Below, piece by piece: positions 1-9,511 of a DNA stretch of 61,959 nt; positions within the stretch are counted from its first letter, which is position 1; each line of letters begins with the position of its first letter. Source of the stretch: a virus. Lineage: Duplodnaviria > Caudoviricetes. Location: IMG/VR virus record IMGVR_UViG_3300017716_002569, positions 1 through 61,959 of that record; one strand, written 5' to 3'. Made by a program: the position numbers and the translations under genes. Below the pieces are notes generated by a model. It was not told the DNA's origin and ran no database searches. It was given only the letters and a program-made list of their open reading frames with translations.

Positions 1-18
1 AACCCCTCGGATGCTAGG

Positions 19-591
19 TTGCTAAACAAAATGGTTGATATGGTAGATAAGAGCCCAATCGAACAATGGATTGAGGAAAAATCCAATAAAGAAACTAAAA
101 TATTAAGGGCTGCCTATATTACAAGCGTACAGTCAGTTTTAAGGTATCTAGGACTACAAGACCAACCTGACCCTAAGAAGTATTTAGAAAAACTAAAGGA
201 TATATCTGACGAATTGAACTTGTATGCTAAATCAGTTGATGAGCAAATAATTGATAGAAATTCGCTAATTGATAAGTTAATGGCCGAAAACGAAAAGCTA
301 ACTCAAACAATTAATTCTAATAAATCATTAATGGATGGCATAAGTAAACTTCATAAAGAAATTGATGCAGATGGTTTATTAAAGTTACAATCCGAAAACA
401 ACCAATACAAAAAAGCAATCGCAGAGCAGGCTATTGATTCAGCTAAGATTAAGGAGAAGTTGGAATCTGAAATTGAAAGGTTGAAAACCGCATTAGCTTA
501 CATTCATAAAAACAGCACAGAATGGAATATTAAGACAATAGCAGAACAAGCTCACCCTGATTTGAAAGGAGAAGAAAATGGCAAAAGTTAG
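19..591 (+). CDS. hypothetical coiled-coil phage protein (start may be ATG at 31)
   Basis: 190-aa ORF rich in E/K heptads; overlaps the start of the next gene. Confidence 0.6.
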   Translation: MLNKMVDMVDKSPIEQWIEEKSNKETKILRAAYITSVQSVLRYLGLQDQPDPKKYLEKLKDISDELNLYAKSVDEQIIDRNSLIDKLMAENEKLTQTINSNKSLMDGISKLHKEIDADGLLKLQSENNQYKKAIAEQAIDSAKIKEKLESEIERLKTALAYIHKNSTEWNIKTIAEQAHPDLKGEENGKS

Positions 592-1069
592 AACATTGAG
601 CCGAGCCTTCATGAAGGGGCATCCCAAAGCAGGACAGCCGACCTACTTTGTTGAAAAGTTTGTAAAATCATTGCATTTGCATGGCATTAAACCTTTTGAT
701 ATTGGTTGCCATTTTAGCCATGAATTGTACCACCTTGCTCAACCTAAGCATCACACAATTCGCATGGGCAGGCATTTTAAATCGCAGGATGAACTAACAG
801 TGGCTGTTTGGAGTGGCAAGCCATATCGAAGTAAGCAGATAAAGCTATGGACAGGAAGTATAAGAACTATCAATGTTTTAATTTATAGTTCAAGTCAAGG
901 ATTCAGGTTTATGAAGCAAGACACGGATTCAGTTCTTTATCAAATAGGAAGTTTGCATCTAGCAAAAAATGACGGTTTAAGCCACGAAGACTTCCAAGCT
1001 TGGTTTAAACTTCCACATGGAATTCATGAAGCACAGATTTTGATTTGGAACCCAGATATTAAATATTAA
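578..1069 (+). CDS. ASCH/PUA-like domain protein
   Basis: 'KHHTIR' and 'LAKNDGL..EDF..WF' motifs resemble phage ASCH-like proteins. Confidence 0.5.
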   Translation: MAKVRTLSRAFMKGHPKAGQPTYFVEKFVKSLHLHGIKPFDIGCHFSHELYHLAQPKHHTIRMGRHFKSQDELTVAVWSGKPYRSKQIKLWTGSIRTINVLIYSSSQGFRFMKQDTDSVLYQIGSLHLAKNDGLSHEDFQAWFKLPHGIHEAQILIWNPDIKY

Positions 1070-1073
1070 AACA

Positions 1074-1322
1074 ATGAACTTAGAAAATTACGATTTTAAA
1101 ATTTACAACGGCAGAATAAAGGTTTATTACCAAGGCTCTGTTATGTTTTCATTCAATCAAATTGACTTTTTAGGGTATTATTTTTTTAAGGATGATACCA
1201 AACTTTACGGAATGACATTACACTTTCTTAGAGAAAAAGCTGGTCATGCGGAAATGGATGTCTATTTCAAGGACAAAGAAACTTGGTTAGCCGTAAACAC
1301 ACTACTTGACCAAAACCTTTAA
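1074..1322 (+). CDS. hypothetical protein
   Basis: 82-aa ORF in a tightly packed operon with an A-rich leader. Confidence 0.6.
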   Translation: MNLENYDFKIYNGRIKVYYQGSVMFSFNQIDFLGYYFFKDDTKLYGMTLHFLREKAGHAEMDVYFKDKETWLAVNTLLDQNL

Positions 1323-1364
1323 CAAAACTAAACCTGGGAACGGAGGAACCGAACACAATACAAT

Positions 1365-1754
1365 ATGAACTTCAAACAGTACAAAAGAAAAGGTTTATCT
1401 GAAATGATTTCAGTAACCGAATTTATTAACAATGGTGGTGACATGGTAAAGGTAAGCGTATCTAATCCTGACAAAGAACTTGCTAAAGAAGAACCAGCTA
1501 TTTTTGAACAGGGTTTTATCGCTCGTAACCCAAAGAATCACGAAGACCTATGGTATGTTGCTAAAAAGTATTTTGATGATAACCTTGAACCTGCCACAGC
1601 ATCACAAAGAGAACTAAAATCCGAAATGTGCGGCCCTCAACGCTGGGATGTAACTAAATTCGTTAATAGCAACAATATTGACGTTGTGGCTATCATTGGA
1701 GAAACCAGCGATTTAGGATTATGTGTGTACCAAATTTTCTATTACGATAAATAA
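1365..1754 (+). CDS. hypothetical protein
   Basis: 129-aa ORF with A-rich leader. Confidence 0.6.
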   Translation: MNFKQYKRKGLSEMISVTEFINNGGDMVKVSVSNPDKELAKEEPAIFEQGFIARNPKNHEDLWYVAKKYFDDNLEPATASQRELKSEMCGPQRWDVTKFVNSNNIDVVAIIGETSDLGLCVYQIFYYDK

Positions 1755-1761
1755 TACAATT

Positions 1762-2052
1762 ATGAACAACTTAGCAAAAAACACGGAACCAAGCAATGAA
1801 CCAGATTCAGAATTTAGATCACTGCTCAATGCATTAAGAACAGAAGCCAATGAGGCTAAAAACCTAACCAAAGCATGTGCTGAATTTATAGGGAAATTAA
1901 GCCCTATGTGTGAACAACCCGAAATTGACAAAGGCAAGCCACAGCCAATGGGTATTATCAGCGTATTTTGGGAAGAAGTCCAAACCTTAAGGGAGTCAAA
2001 CGAGAGAATGAGAGAAATCTTAAGCCACCTTCACAAAGTAATAGGAAGCTAA
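1762..2052 (+). CDS. hypothetical protein
   Basis: ATG at 1762 follows the upstream stop and AT-rich leader; preferred over 1723. Confidence 0.55.
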   Translation: MNNLAKNTEPSNEPDSEFRSLLNALRTEANEAKNLTKACAEFIGKLSPMCEQPEIDKGKPQPMGIISVFWEEVQTLRESNERMREILSHLHKVIGS

Positions 2053-2058
2053 AGCAAA

Positions 2059-3162
2059 ATGATAGACAGACGAATAATATTACAAGCAGGTATCAGGGAA
2101 ATTGATATTCCAAAGAAAACAAGGGAGTGGTTAGAATTTAGAAGGAACGGGATAGGGGCTTCTGAAATGGCAACCATCCTTGGGCTATCTCCTTATGCGC
2201 CAACTGTCACAGAACTGTGGCGTTACAAAGTTGGAATAGGCCAAGCAGTTGACATTAGAAACCAGCATGTATTATTTGGTGGGGAGCTGGAACCATTGAT
2301 AGTAAAAATGGCTAAGTATTGGGATGGTTCAGAAAATGGATATATTGATAACTACTACGACAATAGGCTTATCAGGGATATTCAGGCCGTGGATTCATAC
2401 ATTATTAATGACCAGTTTCCTCACATATTCGTTTCGCTAGATGCTTTCATCCCACAGGGCTGTGTTAGGCTTGACATAGATGGTGGTGACTTCACCGGAG
2501 AAGAATTGTGGATTGATCATCCGTTGGAATGTAAGAACATATCCGGTTATAATTCGCGCAAGTGGGTTTCTGGAATACCGATTATGTATTATGTTCAGCT
2601 GCAAACCCAAATGATAGCCCTTGGTGTTGATTATGGGGAACTAGCGGTGTTGGTTGATAACTCACAGTTTAGCGTTTATCCATTTCAGGTGAATGAAGTT
2701 TGGAGGCAGCGCATACTTGAAAAGTCAGAAGAGTTTTGGGATTCTGTTTTGCTGGGGCGAAAAGCCCTTGCTGCAGGTGATGAAGATATGTTGGCCTATT
2801 TGGAGCCACAGCCAAATGAAAGTGAAGCATACACAGAGTTCTATTCAGAAGAGTTCAAACGCAAGGATGCAATTGAAAAGGCCCTTGGAGGGGATGATGA
2901 AAAGGAGCTGTGCAATAAGGTCAAATTGTTGATGGAGTTTGAAGATGTGCTAGACGAAACCAAACAGCTATACAAAAACCGACTTACCAAGAGCATTGTT
3001 GATATTGGCTGTGAAAAACTAACATTCCCTAACAATGGATATATTAGATATGCTAAGAGGTCCAACTCTAAAAACTATAGCATTGATTTTAGGGGTTTCA
3101 AGCCTGATTATCCAGAAGAACTTGTTGAAATCTTCACAAAATCTGTTAGGAAATTAGTGTAA
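2059..3162 (+). CDS. YqaJ-like viral recombinase / lambda-type exonuclease
   Basis: 'EWLEFRRNGIGASEMATILGLSPY', 'SLDAF', 'LECK' and 'YYVQLQTQM' motifs; RecT lies downstream. Confidence 0.9.
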   Translation: MIDRRIILQAGIREIDIPKKTREWLEFRRNGIGASEMATILGLSPYAPTVTELWRYKVGIGQAVDIRNQHVLFGGELEPLIVKMAKYWDGSENGYIDNYYDNRLIRDIQAVDSYIINDQFPHIFVSLDAFIPQGCVRLDIDGGDFTGEELWIDHPLECKNISGYNSRKWVSGIPIMYYVQLQTQMIALGVDYGELAVLVDNSQFSVYPFQVNEVWRQRILEKSEEFWDSVLLGRKALAAGDEDMLAYLEPQPNESEAYTEFYSEEFKRKDAIEKALGGDDEKELCNKVKLLMEFEDVLDETKQLYKNRLTKSIVDIGCEKLTFPNNGYIRYAKRSNSKNYSIDFRGFKPDYPEELVEIFTKSVRKLV

Positions 3163-3205
3163 TTTATGTTTCCTTTGTTTACATATTATTAACGATTAGC
3201 GCAAA

Positions 3206-3469
3206 ATGATTATACAGCATCAAATAAAACCCTTACTACACGCAAGATGTGCGAAAATTGGGGTTAATAGCAATATTGCACAGGAGAAAAAGAAACTAGC
3301 AAAGGCCATGGGGCTTTCAGATGCATGGTTTCGTAGGCTGTGGAGTGATCCATATATGCCTATCAGCAAAGAGTACGAATTAAAGGCAATTGAGTATTTA
3401 GGAATTAAAGCAGAAGAATTATATGTTATCCTCAGAGAAAAAACCAAAAAGACCAAGACCTTGGCTTAG
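3206..3469 (+). CDS. small HTH (XRE/Cro-like) DNA-binding protein
   Basis: 'KKKLAKAMGLSDAWFRRL ... IEYLGIKAEELY' pattern. Confidence 0.55.
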   Translation: MIIQHQIKPLLHARCAKIGVNSNIAQEKKKLAKAMGLSDAWFRRLWSDPYMPISKEYELKAIEYLGIKAEELYVILREKTKKTKTLA

Positions 3470-3737
3470 GGAGATTGAATATACCAGAGCTGTTTTAAAG
3501 GATGGTAATTTGATTTTTGGTACTGAGGATGAAAACGGGGTATTTGTTCCATCTGAATCAGGGATTGACATTAAAACAGAAACTAAGAAGGGGTTTTTTG
3601 AGCATTGGGGTATAGATTACACAAGGCCAGACGTTACCTCTTCACAACTGGTTCAAATTACTGTGGCGTATATTGTGGATGCTACCACGGGAGAGGTTAT
3701 AAAAGTTGCTGATGTATCAGCTATTCGCTTCTTATGA
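3423..3737 (+). CDS. hypothetical protein (true start uncertain)
   Basis: ORF fills the gap between neighbours; stop overlaps the next ATG (ATGA). Confidence 0.5.
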   Translation: MLSSEKKPKRPRPWLREIEYTRAVLKDGNLIFGTEDENGVFVPSESGIDIKTETKKGFFEHWGIDYTRPDVTSSQLVQITVAYIVDATTGEVIKVADVSAIRFL

Positions 3738-4141
3738 CAAGATGGACCGCAAAAGCATTGAAGGAAAAAGGAGTAGTTTTACCTCCAAGGAAGAAATCTG
3801 CAATAAAAGCCACAGAGGCACCTGAAATTGGTGAAATGAAATGGGTATTGAAAGCACTAGGGTTAGCTTACGAATGTGAGTTTAAGTTTGTTCCTGAAAG
3901 AGATTTCAGAGCTGACTTATATATTCCTTCTCTTAATTTAATACTTGAATATGAAGGGTTATTCGCGGAAGGTAAAAACGGCACGGGTATGAGTAGGCAC
4001 ACAACACCAAAAGGATATACCAATGACTGTATTAAATACTTTCTTGCCAATGTGCATGGGTACAAAGTTTTGAGAGTAACAGCTATTAATTACAAAGAGC
4101 TATCGAATTATATAAAAATTTTACAAAATGAATCAGTTTAA
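3734..4141 (+). CDS. DUF559/Vsr-like PD-(D/E)XK endonuclease
   Basis: 'EFKF...RDFRADLY...LILEYEG...RH...GYTNDCIKY...GYKVLRVT' pattern. Confidence 0.75.
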   Translation: MTRWTAKALKEKGVVLPPRKKSAIKATEAPEIGEMKWVLKALGLAYECEFKFVPERDFRADLYIPSLNLILEYEGLFAEGKNGTGMSRHTTPKGYTNDCIKYFLANVHGYKVLRVTAINYKELSNYIKILQNESV

Positions 4142-4415
4142 ATTAACAGGCACTATCTTCAAATTTGTTGAGGATGAAATTGAGGTAGTTCACAACTATC
4201 AAAAAACAGTATTAGTATTAAAATGCGAGAATGGTTCAAGAACTATACAGCATGTTCCTATTGATTTCCCAAATGAAAAAAGGTCCTTAATTGGAGGCTT
4301 TAAAAATGGTGAATTGGTTGAGATTACATGTGTTCCTAAAGGCAGAATGAAGAATAAACAAGGCCGTGAGCTGTACTATGCAGCCTACGAAGCCACAGAA
4401 ATAACTAGAGTATAA
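4128..4415 (+). CDS. DUF3127-like OB-fold ssDNA-binding protein
   Basis: 'FKLTGTI...YQKTVLVL...VPIDF...GELVEI...KGR...YY' pattern; lies in the recombination module. Confidence 0.6.
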   Translation: MNQFKLTGTIFKFVEDEIEVVHNYQKTVLVLKCENGSRTIQHVPIDFPNEKRSLIGGFKNGELVEITCVPKGRMKNKQGRELYYAAYEATEITRV

Positions 4416-4420
4416 AGAAT

Positions 4421-5626
4421 ATGACAGAGCAACAAAACCAGAAAGAGACTAAAGCTCCCAAGCAGGAGTTATTAGTGCTCGATCCATTTCAACACCAAGA
4501 AGCGGAGTTGACTAAACTAGCCTCAGATTACACCAATTATGTTGTAACAGAGGACAACCTTAAGGAAGCAGAAGCCGCTAGGCTTAAAGTGTGGCGTATT
4601 AGGGTTAAAGAACTTGGAGCAGGTTTAAAGGAGCGACTTGCTAAAATCAAGGAGTTTAAAGAGGACCAAGAAACCAAGTATGAAAAGCTGTGCAACATTA
4701 TACAGCCAGTGGAAGAATCCCTTGAAAAGAAAATTGCATTGGTTAAAGCTGCCAAGGAAAAGCGTGAGCGTGAAGAGAAGGAGAAGGAGCAAGCAAGGCT
4801 ATCTGGCCACAGAACTAAGTTAGCAGACCTAACCAAGTTAGCTGTTAAAATTAATTCTATGGAATTGGAGGACCTTGAAAAAGTTGATACTGCTTGGGTT
4901 GATCAATACGATTCTCAGGAATTTAAAAATGAGTTCATTCAGGCTGTTAGTGCTGTGGTTTTGGCTAAAACTTCTCGCCAAGAATTGCTTGAATTGAGAA
5001 AGAAGGAGGCAGACAGAAAAGCCAAGGAAGAAGCAGAAAAAGCAGGAGCCAAGAAATATGATGATGATTTCAAACTCCTAACTGAAATGCTTACTAAGGT
5101 TAATTTAACCGAGGACTTAAAGGAGGTTCAGATATTTTTAGAAATAGGAACCAATGCAAAGCCAGAAGCATACGGCATAAATGCAACACAAGCACAAGGG
5201 GTATTGGCAGCATTGAAAATGCTTGCAGAAAATAGGGAAGATTTTTTGACCAAAAGAGCAGCCGAAAAAGTTACTGTGGTACCGAAAGAAACGCCACAGG
5301 TTGAACCAGAAGCAACACCAGACCTTCCTGCTAGTATGAGTGGGTATGTTCCAAATAGGGGAGCATTTGCTTCAGGTCCAATATCAACAGATAGGGATGT
5401 GTATTTTTCTGATATTCCTAAAGAACAGCCCACAGCTCCAAACATGGCAAACCATATCCCTGATATGGAAGAGCCAGAAGTAGTGCAAGCTAATTTTGAT
5501 GCTTCACTTGATGAATTTAACGTATTCAGCTACGAAACATACAAGGTAGCCCTTTCCAAAAATGTACCGGAGAAAGCAGCGAAATCAATTTTGAATTATT
5601 GTGAACACATGTTAAAAACCAAATAA
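4421..5626 (+). CDS. hypothetical coiled-coil protein (DUF1351-like context)
   Basis: 401-aa E/K-rich ORF immediately upstream of recT. Confidence 0.6.
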   Translation: MTEQQNQKETKAPKQELLVLDPFQHQEAELTKLASDYTNYVVTEDNLKEAEAARLKVWRIRVKELGAGLKERLAKIKEFKEDQETKYEKLCNIIQPVEESLEKKIALVKAAKEKREREEKEKEQARLSGHRTKLADLTKLAVKINSMELEDLEKVDTAWVDQYDSQEFKNEFIQAVSAVVLAKTSRQELLELRKKEADRKAKEEAEKAGAKKYDDDFKLLTEMLTKVNLTEDLKEVQIFLEIGTNAKPEAYGINATQAQGVLAALKMLAENREDFLTKRAAEKVTVVPKETPQVEPEATPDLPASMSGYVPNRGAFASGPISTDRDVYFSDIPKEQPTAPNMANHIPDMEEPEVVQANFDASLDEFNVFSYETYKVALSKNVPEKAAKSILNYCEHMLKTK

Positions 5627-5629
5627 ATT

Positions 5630-6721
5630 ATGGCAGCCGAGAGTTTAGAGAAAATTAAAAATCATGTTTTGGCCACGTTGCCAAACAAGTTAGAAAAGAA
5701 CAATTCATTTAAGATGGATGTTCAACGCGAATTAGGTTTCGCATTTCAGGCGTTTCAAGCTAGTGAATACATGCAGAAGGCCACGCCTGAGAGTATTATT
5801 AAAGCTGTGACAAATGTGGTCCTTACGGGCCTTACACTTAATCCCGTGCTACAACAAGCATGTTTGGTGCCACGGGCAAAAAATGGAGTAGTTGAGTGTT
5901 GTTTGGAACCAATGTACCAAGGATTAATTACCAAAATGATTGATACGGGGCAAGCCACAGACGTATATGCCCACGTTGTTTATTCAGGTGACAAGTTGGA
6001 AGTAATGATGGGTAGCAGCAAGAAATTGGAGCATGTTCCTTATTACTTCATGGGTATAACTGAAAAAAATAAAGGTGAGGCTATTGGTGTTTATGCTGTG
6101 GCTGTTCTTCCTAATGGTGATAAGAAATGGGAATTTGTACCTGCCGAGCGTATTCATGCAATTATGCAAACCTCAGAAAGCTACAAAAAATCAATTAAAG
6201 ATGGCAACAAGTCTAGTATATGGCTAGGAGCCCACAAGGATGAAATGTGGAAGAAAACAGCTATTAAGGCTCTCTTTAAAGTAATGCCCAAAAATGATTA
6301 CTCAGAAAGGGTTGCTAAGATTTTGGAGGTGGAGAATGAAACACAACAATTCATTGTGCCTGCAGAAATGCCACAGAAAACACTTATTGAATCAACGCCA
6401 AACAATCCAGCTGTGATAATTGATGAATCTAAGTTAAAGAAGAGCGATAACGTAAAGAAGAACGCTGACAAAACCATTCATAAGCTAGAGGACCTCAATA
6501 AAAAAGAGGAACAGAAACCAAATATAGCTCAAAATGCTGGTAACAAATACGGCATTGTAAATTCATTGAAGATTCAGGAAGTAGTAACCCAATTGAAGGA
6601 GCAGGATTTGTACGGGAAGTTAGAAAAGTGGGTTGAGCTTAATTCTGTGCATGAATCCATTGATGAATTTTTGATCAACGGAACGGAGGAAGATTTGAAC
6701 AACGCCCTTAATGCAATTTAA
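5630..6721 (+). CDS. recT: RecT family ssDNA-annealing recombinase
   Basis: 'GLTLNPVLQQACLVPR', 'MYQGLI', 'VVYSGD', 'GVYAVA' and 'EMWKKTAIK' motifs. Confidence 0.9.
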   Translation: MAAESLEKIKNHVLATLPNKLEKNNSFKMDVQRELGFAFQAFQASEYMQKATPESIIKAVTNVVLTGLTLNPVLQQACLVPRAKNGVVECCLEPMYQGLITKMIDTGQATDVYAHVVYSGDKLEVMMGSSKKLEHVPYYFMGITEKNKGEAIGVYAVAVLPNGDKKWEFVPAERIHAIMQTSESYKKSIKDGNKSSIWLGAHKDEMWKKTAIKALFKVMPKNDYSERVAKILEVENETQQFIVPAEMPQKTLIESTPNNPAVIIDESKLKKSDNVKKNADKTIHKLEDLNKKEEQKPNIAQNAGNKYGIVNSLKIQEVVTQLKEQDLYGKLEKWVELNSVHESIDEFLINGTEEDLNNALNAI

Positions 6722-6738
6722 CCTTAATTAAAAGTAAT

Positions 6739-6767
6739 AAAAAAGGCCACTTAATTGTGGCCTTTTT
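6739..6767. terminator. bidirectional intrinsic terminator
   Basis: AAAAAAGGCCAC-TTAATT-GTGGCCTTTTT between convergent operons. Confidence 0.85.
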
Positions 6768-6768
6768 G

Positions 6769-7185
6769 TTAAAATCTAATTGGTAGTTTTTTCAAATACA
6801 AGTAATAATCAATTTCTGTTAAACCTTCTCCTGATGGATGTGGGTCGTGAGCTGGATATGTTTTACTTGTTACAATACAATGTCGCGTTCCTCTTGGTGA
6901 TACGCCACGGGAAATAAAATAGTCTCGCTGTGGCAAATCTTCCACGTTACGGGTTTTAATAATAATACTGCTATGCTTATTACATAGCCAAATGTTCAAA
7001 ACGTCTAACCACATTGGATCATCCTTTTTGCTGTCTCCTGGCATATAGAAAACCTCAATGTTGGGTACCATTTCAGGTTGTTTATCTAAAATGGATGCTA
7101 TGCAAGTGGCAAGGCAATTACCATAGGTAAGCCTTTCGCCTTTGCTTGACTTGGTGCCGAATTTGGTTTGGATATTCTTTTTCAT
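6769..7185 (-). CDS. hypothetical protein, possible papain-like cysteine hydrolase fold
   Basis: 'GNCLATCIASIL' ... 'RHCIV' ... 'HDPHP' give a Cys-His-Asp arrangement. Confidence 0.45.
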   Translation of the reverse strand: MKKNIQTKFGTKSSKGERLTYGNCLATCIASILDKQPEMVPNIEVFYMPGDSKKDDPMWLDVLNIWLCNKHSSIIIKTRNVEDLPQRDYFISRGVSPRGTRHCIVTSKTYPAHDPHPSGEGLTEIDYYLYLKKLPIRF

Positions 7186-7186
7186 G

Positions 7187-7411
7187 TTACTTATTTTTGA
7201 TGCCTAAAATTCTTCTGTACTCAGGTTGGATGGTAATTACCCTATTACTCTTCCTTACGTCTATTCCGGTAATCGGTCCAAACTCTTCTGCCATTACAAC
7301 CATTTCTTCCTCATAAATCTTATCAATCACCTTTTGGCTGTGGCGTTCTTTCAATGCTACCTTCTCTGTGATGGTGCACTGATTCCATTTAAGTTCTATT
7401 CTAGTGCTCAT
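7187..7411 (-). CDS. hypothetical protein
   Basis: 74-aa ORF coupled to its neighbours. Confidence 0.55.
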   Translation of the reverse strand: MSTRIELKWNQCTITEKVALKERHSQKVIDKIYEEEMVVMAEEFGPITGIDVRKSNRVITIQPEYRRILGIKNK

Positions 7412-7688
7412 ACATTAAATAGGGGATTAAGACTGATAAAATTCCAAATAATCCGCTTAGAACCAATGTTCCAATAGCATAACACATAATTACTGTGTCC
7501 TTCCATGAAGATTCATCATCCACACGGGTTTCTTGTGTTTTAGTTTCCATTTTTAGATATTTTAAAGTGATTGTTATGTTTGGGTTTTCGTTTGCTTCTG
7601 TGTACCAAAACCACTGATTCCAATCCATGCATGTTCTTGGAATTACGCTGTGGCTTAAATTAAGTTTCAGTAAATCTTCGTTCTTCAT
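7401..7688 (-). CDS. small membrane protein
   Basis: C-terminal hydrophobic segment 'VIMCYAIGTLVLSGLFGILSVLIPYL'. Confidence 0.5.
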   Translation of the reverse strand: MKNEDLLKLNLSHSVIPRTCMDWNQWFWYTEANENPNITITLKYLKMETKTQETRVDDESSWKDTVIMCYAIGTLVLSGLFGILSVLIPYLMYEH

Positions 7689-7773
7689 TTTGCATCAATT
7701 AAATATTTGAAAATAATAACTAAGATAACTACAATTAAATAGATTAGTGCTGGTTTATTGTTTTTTTTCATGG

Positions 7774-9123
7774 TTAAAAATTTGATCTAACTAATTCTTC
7801 AGCCATTCGTGTAACTACAATTGGCACGACTGAATTGCCAATAAACTTTTTTTGCTGTGTTTGGTTGCCTTTTAATATGTATCTTCTAGGGAATCCCTGA
7901 ACTCTTAGTAGTTCATCAATTCTAAACATTCTCATTGTGATATCATATATGCCATGCATGGCCATGAACTGCTTAATTTTCTTGACCATTTCTGAATCTG
8001 TTTCATAAATCTGAATACCAAATACTCCTTTTTCTAATTGAACCAAATAAAGAGGTGCTTTATCCATCCTAGCTATAATTGTGGAACAAGGTTGGTCCAC
8101 AGAACCAGCATTAGTATTAAACCATTGAGGGTTTACAATGAAGCATGTAACCAAATTTAATTTAGGACTTCCCGTTATGCTGCCTGATGGCGTTTCAATA
8201 GAAGAATTTGTTTCTTGCCCAAAATCTCTGTAAATAAATCTTGGTTGTATTATTCCTGCGCTATCTTTTGTCCTTAGCGTTGGTCCTGGACTATCTATTG
8301 AGGTACAATTGTGTCCATTCCCATAATAGGATGCTAAAAAATCAGCCTCTCCCTTTCCTGATACAAATTTTAACAACCCAGAATAAATCCTTTTCAATGT
8401 GTTTTCAGAAAGTGGCTTCGGCCTATCAAATATACTTCTGCCTTTATCTTCCAAGTCTAAAACTTCTCTCACTGCTTTCCACGGGCTCAATAACAAATCC
8501 CCGTTTTTTGAATGTGTAGCCACGGGCCAAGAAATTGGCAAACCTTTTTTAGCAAAATATGCAAAGAATCTTTTGCGGCTGGTGTATGCACCAAAGTCAG
8601 CAGAGTTTAAAGCCCTCCAATCATATTCATAACCAACACCAAGAGCTTTCATTTCTTCAACCCATCGTAAATAATCAGAGCCTTGTTTTCTTGAAATAGG
8701 TTTATCGTGTTCATCAAGTGGACCCCAGCTCATAAATTCAACTACATTTTCTATACCTACATAGTCAGGGTTAAGACTTTCAACATACCACGGCATGAAG
8801 TCAGCTAAACTTCTTGAATCTGCATCCCGTGGCTTGCCTCCTTTGGCCTTAGAAAAGTTGGTACACTCTAGGCTTGCCCATAGCAATAATTTTGCTTTGG
8901 GATATTTCAATTGTGCTTCCAATGCTATTACTTGTAGCTGCTCCATTTGAATGTGCCTTATATCTTCTACAAAATGGATAACATCAGGATGATTAGCTTC
9001 GTGACTTGCAATAGCAATTTCATCGTGATTAATTGCTGCTATCACTTTACAATCTTGTGCACTTTCAAATCCGGTGGAAACACCACCTGCACCTGCGAAT
9101 AAATCTATAATTAGTAACTTCAT
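7774..9123 (-). CDS. dcm: DNA (cytosine-5)-methyltransferase
   Basis: Motif I 'IDLFAGAGG', motif IV variant 'SLECTNFS', motif VI 'IENV', 'RKRFF', motif X 'IGNSV'; ATG at 9123 preferred. Confidence 0.93.
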   Translation of the reverse strand: MKLLIIDLFAGAGGVSTGFESAQDCKVIAAINHDEIAIASHEANHPDVIHFVEDIRHIQMEQLQVIALEAQLKYPKAKLLLWASLECTNFSKAKGGKPRDADSRSLADFMPWYVESLNPDYVGIENVVEFMSWGPLDEHDKPISRKQGSDYLRWVEEMKALGVGYEYDWRALNSADFGAYTSRKRFFAYFAKKGLPISWPVATHSKNGDLLLSPWKAVREVLDLEDKGRSIFDRPKPLSENTLKRIYSGLLKFVSGKGEADFLASYYGNGHNCTSIDSPGPTLRTKDSAGIIQPRFIYRDFGQETNSSIETPSGSITGSPKLNLVTCFIVNPQWFNTNAGSVDQPCSTIIARMDKAPLYLVQLEKGVFGIQIYETDSEMVKKIKQFMAMHGIYDITMRMFRIDELLRVQGFPRRYILKGNQTQQKKFIGNSVVPIVVTRMAEELVRSNF

Positions 9124-9126
9124 TGT

Positions 9127-9174
9127 TTCTGATATGGGAATCGAACCCACGCCACAGAGGCATCCAATACAGAA
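9127..9174 (-). ncRNA. minimal tRNA-like element (T-arm, short hairpin, closing stem)
   Basis: Minus strand TTCTGTATTGGAT-GCCTCTGTGGC-GTGGG TTCGATT CCCAT-ATCAGAA; canonical T-loop. Confidence 0.45.
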
Positions 9175-9225
9175 AAAGCGGGGGAATTAGGAAACACGAC
9201 TAACCTAACTCCCTTTATCCGCTTT
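9173..9225 (-). terminator. intrinsic terminator hairpin whose loop is antisense to the leader motif
   Basis: AAAGCGG..GGGAGTTAGG-TTAGTCGTGTTT-CCTAATTCCC-CCGCTTTTT; the G.U pair forms only on the minus strand. Confidence 0.7.
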
Positions 9226-9227
9226 CA

Positions 9228-9509
9228 TTATTTTAAGTACACGGTATAGACAAGTCTAAAACCTTGTGCATGTACGGGCTCAATTCGCACATAGCTATTG
9301 AACACGCTTAATTTTTTCATCCTGAATGTTCCAATTATTTTGATGTCATTTTGTACCAACCAAGAATTAAAGTCAATGTAATATCGGTCTGCTTGTATGT
9401 CGCACCAATCTTTATAAATCCTTTTAATCTGTGGCCTTAGTTCTCTTGAAATAGTGGCTTGTATTTCTAGTGGTAATTGGTTAAATTCAATAGTCTGTCC
9501 TGATTCCAT
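9228..9509 (-). CDS. hypothetical protein
   Basis: 93-aa ORF, last gene before the terminator hairpin. Confidence 0.6.
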   Translation of the reverse strand: MESGQTIEFNQLPLEIQATISRELRPQIKRIYKDWCDIQADRYYIDFNSWLVQNDIKIIGTFRMKKLSVFNSYVRIEPVHAQGFRLVYTVYLK

Positions 9510-9511
9510 TT

